Shown: positions 63,743 through 64,000 of the stretch, in pieces
Layout: every line of letters starts with the position of its first letter
Numbering within the stretch: the stretch's first letter is position 1
NCBI GenBank assembly: GCA_963675245.1
Contig: OY775910.1
Coordinates: 608,001 to 672,000 of the forward strand
DNA: 64,000 nt
Direction of reading: 5' to 3'
Source: Acholeplasmataceae bacterium
GTDB lineage: Bacteria > Bacillota_I > Bacilli_A > Acholeplasmatales > Acholeplasmataceae
Program-made: the position numbers and the translations under genes
Notes under the pieces: generated by a model
Databases searched by the model: none
What the model was told of the DNA's origin: nothing
What the model saw: only the letters and a program-made list of their open reading frames with translations

Positions 63743-64000
63743 CTATATTTTGGCTGTTTCTACGATAACTACTGTTCCACTTTCACCATCAATAGAAAGC
63801 GTATCTCCTGTTTGAATTTTTCTTGTCGCGAAATCAATGTTAGATACTGTTGGAAGTGCATATTCCCTAGCGACTACTGCACCATGCGATAATGCGCTAC
63901 CTACTTCTGTGACTAAACCACCAATAACTGCATAATATGGTGACCAACCAATATCTGTGTATCCCGCAACCATGATTTCACCAGGTTTTAGTTTTTTAGC
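63743..64000 (-). CDS. C-terminus of a PEP-utilising enzyme (mobile phospho-His domain; PEP synthase / rifamycin phosphotransferase-like), 5' truncated by window
   Basis: TDIGWSP, GSALSHGAVVAREY.LP.V, IDG..G.V. Confidence 0.8.
   Translation of the reverse strand, partial: AKKLKPGEIMVAGYTDIGWSPYYAVIGGLVTEVGSALSHGAVVAREYALPTVSNIDFATRKIQTGDTLSIDGESGTVVIVETAKI

Noticed and set aside
63743..64000. Rifamycin phosphotransferase (rph) resistance gene call
   Set aside because: Only the generic phospho-His domain is in the window, so it cannot be distinguished from other PEP-utilising enzymes

Overview
Low-GC bacterial chromosome segment using genetic code 11 (TGA is a stop), with nearly all genes on the minus strand. 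Gene content and Bacillus-like synteny lacking glmU/glmM at their usual positions suggest a wall-less Acholeplasmatales-like mollicute (inference). About 8.8-57.7 kb is mostly housekeeping: tex, acpS, whiA, trxB, lgt, hprK, uvrA, ligA, pcrA, glnS, tsaEBD, pgi, ispDF, cdaA, mfd, pth, prs, spoVG, ispE, rsmA, rnmV, pduL, a two-component system, T-box/serS and galU. Accessory genes lie at 0.5-8.3 kb, downstream of tRNA-Ser/tRNA-Glu, and include a 60-bp att-like duplication. The richest region is 26.9-30.2 kb. (1) An IS110 element has a readable bridge RNA whose target guide matches the glnS Shine-Dalgarno flank; it sits between the glnS SD and ATG and may carry a replacement SD. (2) An Rgg/PlcR-like HTH-TPR regulator lies divergent from a 53-aa secreted peptide missing from the ORF track, followed by a structured non-coding segment: a candidate RRNPP peptide-signalling system in a mollicute. 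Also notable are a UvrD paralog lacking the 2B domain, a 57-aa membrane protein (also missing from the ORF track) after cdaA, and undecaprenyl-phosphate recycling plus LtaS-like genes.
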